Assembly: GCA_964016885.1 (NCBI GenBank)
Contig: OZ024742.1
Span: 352,594,001 to 352,658,000, forward strand
DNA: 64,000 nucleotides
Reading direction: 5' to 3'
Origin: Eledone cirrhosa
Lineage: Eukaryota
Shown one piece after another: positions 62,001 through 64,000 of the stretch (position 1 is the stretch's first letter; each line of letters begins with the position of its first letter). The position numbers and the translations under genes are program-made. Under the pieces are notes generated by a model. The model was not told where the DNA came from. It made no database searches and saw nothing but the letters and a program-made list of their open reading frames with translations.

Positions 62001-64000
62001 ATAGACGAGGACCCGGCTATTGGAAGCTAAACGCGTCCTTACCAGCGCGCAAGGCCTACAGAGACCGGATTAGCGAACTAGTTAAGCGGGCGTTGACGGG
62101 GGCCATCGTCAACAACAAGTGGAGGTTTGCTCTGAAAAGAGCAATTAGAATAGAGTCCATTAGCTTTAGTAAGACTTTAGCAATAGAGAAAAATAGAGCA
62201 GAGGGAGAATTAGTTATAAAATTAGATGAGGCGCTTAGCAAAGGCATCGCGACCGACGTACTTGCGGCGAAATTGGCCCTTGACCAATTCTTCAATGCAA
62301 AGCACGAAGGCTGCGTTGTCAGAGCTAGGGTGCGTGCTCTCAGACATGAGGGGACGAACGCCGTTCAATGGGCCCGAGTGGCGGAGGCGCGTCGTGGAAA
62401 CAAAGCCACGATCCGGTCTTTGGTGGACCACGACGGGCGCATGCTACTCGATCCCGGGCAAATGTGTGAAGCTTTTCAGCGACACTTCGCTCAACTGTTC
62501 GGGGGCAGTGGCGGGCCGGATCGAGGGATGGACTTTAGTGTCTACCTCGACGGACTGCCGCGGCTTTCGGCCACTGAGGCGGAGTGTTGCGAAAAGCCGA
62601 TAACAACCGCTGAAGTACGGGATGCAATGACTAGTTGCACAAGGGGTAAATCGCCTGGTTTGGATGGTCTCCCCTATGAACTTTACGTACAAATGCCAAA
62701 CTTGTTCGGAGGCCTCTTGGCGGACGTCTACTGCAACTGGCAACAGCACGGGAGAGTTCCCAGCTCTGTGAGCCGAGGAGCGGTGGAGCTGCTGAGAAAG
62801 GATCCGAACAAGGGGGATAACATAGATAATTTTAGGCCCATAACTCTGCTAAACACAGAGTTCAAGATTTTGGCCAAGGTGCTAGCAAAGAGGTTGGCGC
62901 TTGTCGTTGGTGGTATGGTGGGAGAGGCGCAGACATGCGCCATTCCCGACAGATCCATCCACGACAACCTCCACCTCATGCGATACATCGTAGAGAGGGT
63001 AGCTAGGGAACCTGGCACGGGTGGGTCTTTGATCAATTTAGATCAGTCGAAAGCCTTCGATAGGGTCGACCATCGTTACCTAACGGCAGTCCTGAGGGCG
63101 GCTGGCTTTGGGCCCGTCTTCAGAGGCTGGATCGCTGCCATGAACAGCGACATCTGCTCTGTAGTGAGAGTGAACGGCCACCTTTCGGAACCGTTCAACA
63201 TCATGCGCTCGGTCCGCCAAGGATGTCCCCTCTCTCCTATTGTACGTATTGACTCTCGAGCCATTACTGCACAAACTGGAGACGTTGAGGGGGGTCCCGC
63301 GCGAACTAGGATGCGGAAGATCCGTGTCAGCATATGCCGACGATGTCACCGTAGTGGTGTCGAACGCCAAACACATCGAGGCGATCGGTACTACACTAAG
63401 AGAATACGAAGCGGTGACAGGAGCAATGATCAACCAGGAAAAGTCAGTGGGCCTGCAGCTCGGCACCTGGAGAGGCAGGTCCATGCCGTCCAACAGCGTC
63501 GTCGGGCGCTGGACGGACGGACCGGTTAAATTGCTAGGGGTCTGGTTCGGTCCAGACCTCCAGACGGACAAAAACTGGGACGAGGTGACGAGCAGGGTGG
63601 CTTCTCTCACCCAGAAATGGGCCGAGAGGAAGCTATCCCTGAAAGGTCGAGCGGAGGTGGCGAATGCGTACATCGCTCCGTCATCTACTACCGCCTGACC
63701 GTCGTACCTTGTCCTAAGCCCCGCCTGACTGCGCTGGAGCGTTTGCTCTTTCGCTTCTTGTGGAAGGGACGCGCTCCGATGGTCAGGCGGTCCATCTGCT
63801 GTCAACACCCGCTACGTGGAGGGCTGGGCATGCCGTGGCTGATGATGCGCAGACACGCGCTCAGGCTCCGACATCTCCACCTCTTCCTCGACGGTAATCA
63901 GGTGTGGTCGCCGTTTGCAAGACGCGTTTTTCCCCAGCTCGTCTCCTTGACGGAGCTGCAGTCCTGGGTCAAGCGAAGACCGAGAGGGAGCGTTTGGAGA
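59043..64000 (+). mobile_element. Tx1 element type B, young, runs off the window end (copy B2)
   Basis: Type-B 5'UTR; ORF2 from 61284 nearly identical to A2, with small indels near 61483, 63236 and 63677. Confidence 0.96.
59252..61249 (+). pseudogene. ORF1 type B (CCHC knuckle CVVCGEGTHLRAFC), two frameshifts at homopolymer runs (could be sequencing errors)
   Basis: Pieces 59252-59797, 59754-60764 and 60665-61249 switch frame at a long C run (~59776-59791) and A runs (~60683-60710). Confidence 0.85.

Noticed and set aside
26085-64000. Telomeric retrotransposon array or CRISPR-like repeat-spacer array
   Set aside because: The spacers are variable-length (ATT)n microsatellite rather than TTAGGG/TTAGG or fixed repeats, and there are no cas genes.

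Overview
This is AT- and microsatellite-rich animal DNA made almost entirely of retroelements, with no supportable host gene. The SINEs resemble octopus SINEs as I recall them, so a cephalopod origin is an inference. (1) 1-7.5 kb and 24-64 kb form a chain of non-LTR retrotransposons joined by (ATT/TAA)n tracts. Tx1/L1-clade elements (APE-RT-CCHC) all lie on +, and two R4/Dong-like families (RT-CCHC-restriction-like endonuclease) all lie on -. The last 22 kb is a head-to-tail A-B-A-B Tx1 array: two diverged 5'UTR+ORF1 modules sit on a nearly identical ORF2, and one ORF2 is intact (1139 aa). A stem-loop straddling the ORF1 stop is kept in all five copies that retain the junction. (2) 7.6-24 kb holds a decayed Penelope-like (GIY-YIG) element, SINEs, a MITE and LINE relics. 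It also holds at least four mutually dissimilar non-coding elements in (TA)n tracts, each with a type I hammerhead ribozyme fold plus direct or inverted terminal repeats (Penelope pLTR/retrozyme-like). One has the compensatory U3-A8 core variant. All RNA folds and alignments were derived by eye and are untested.
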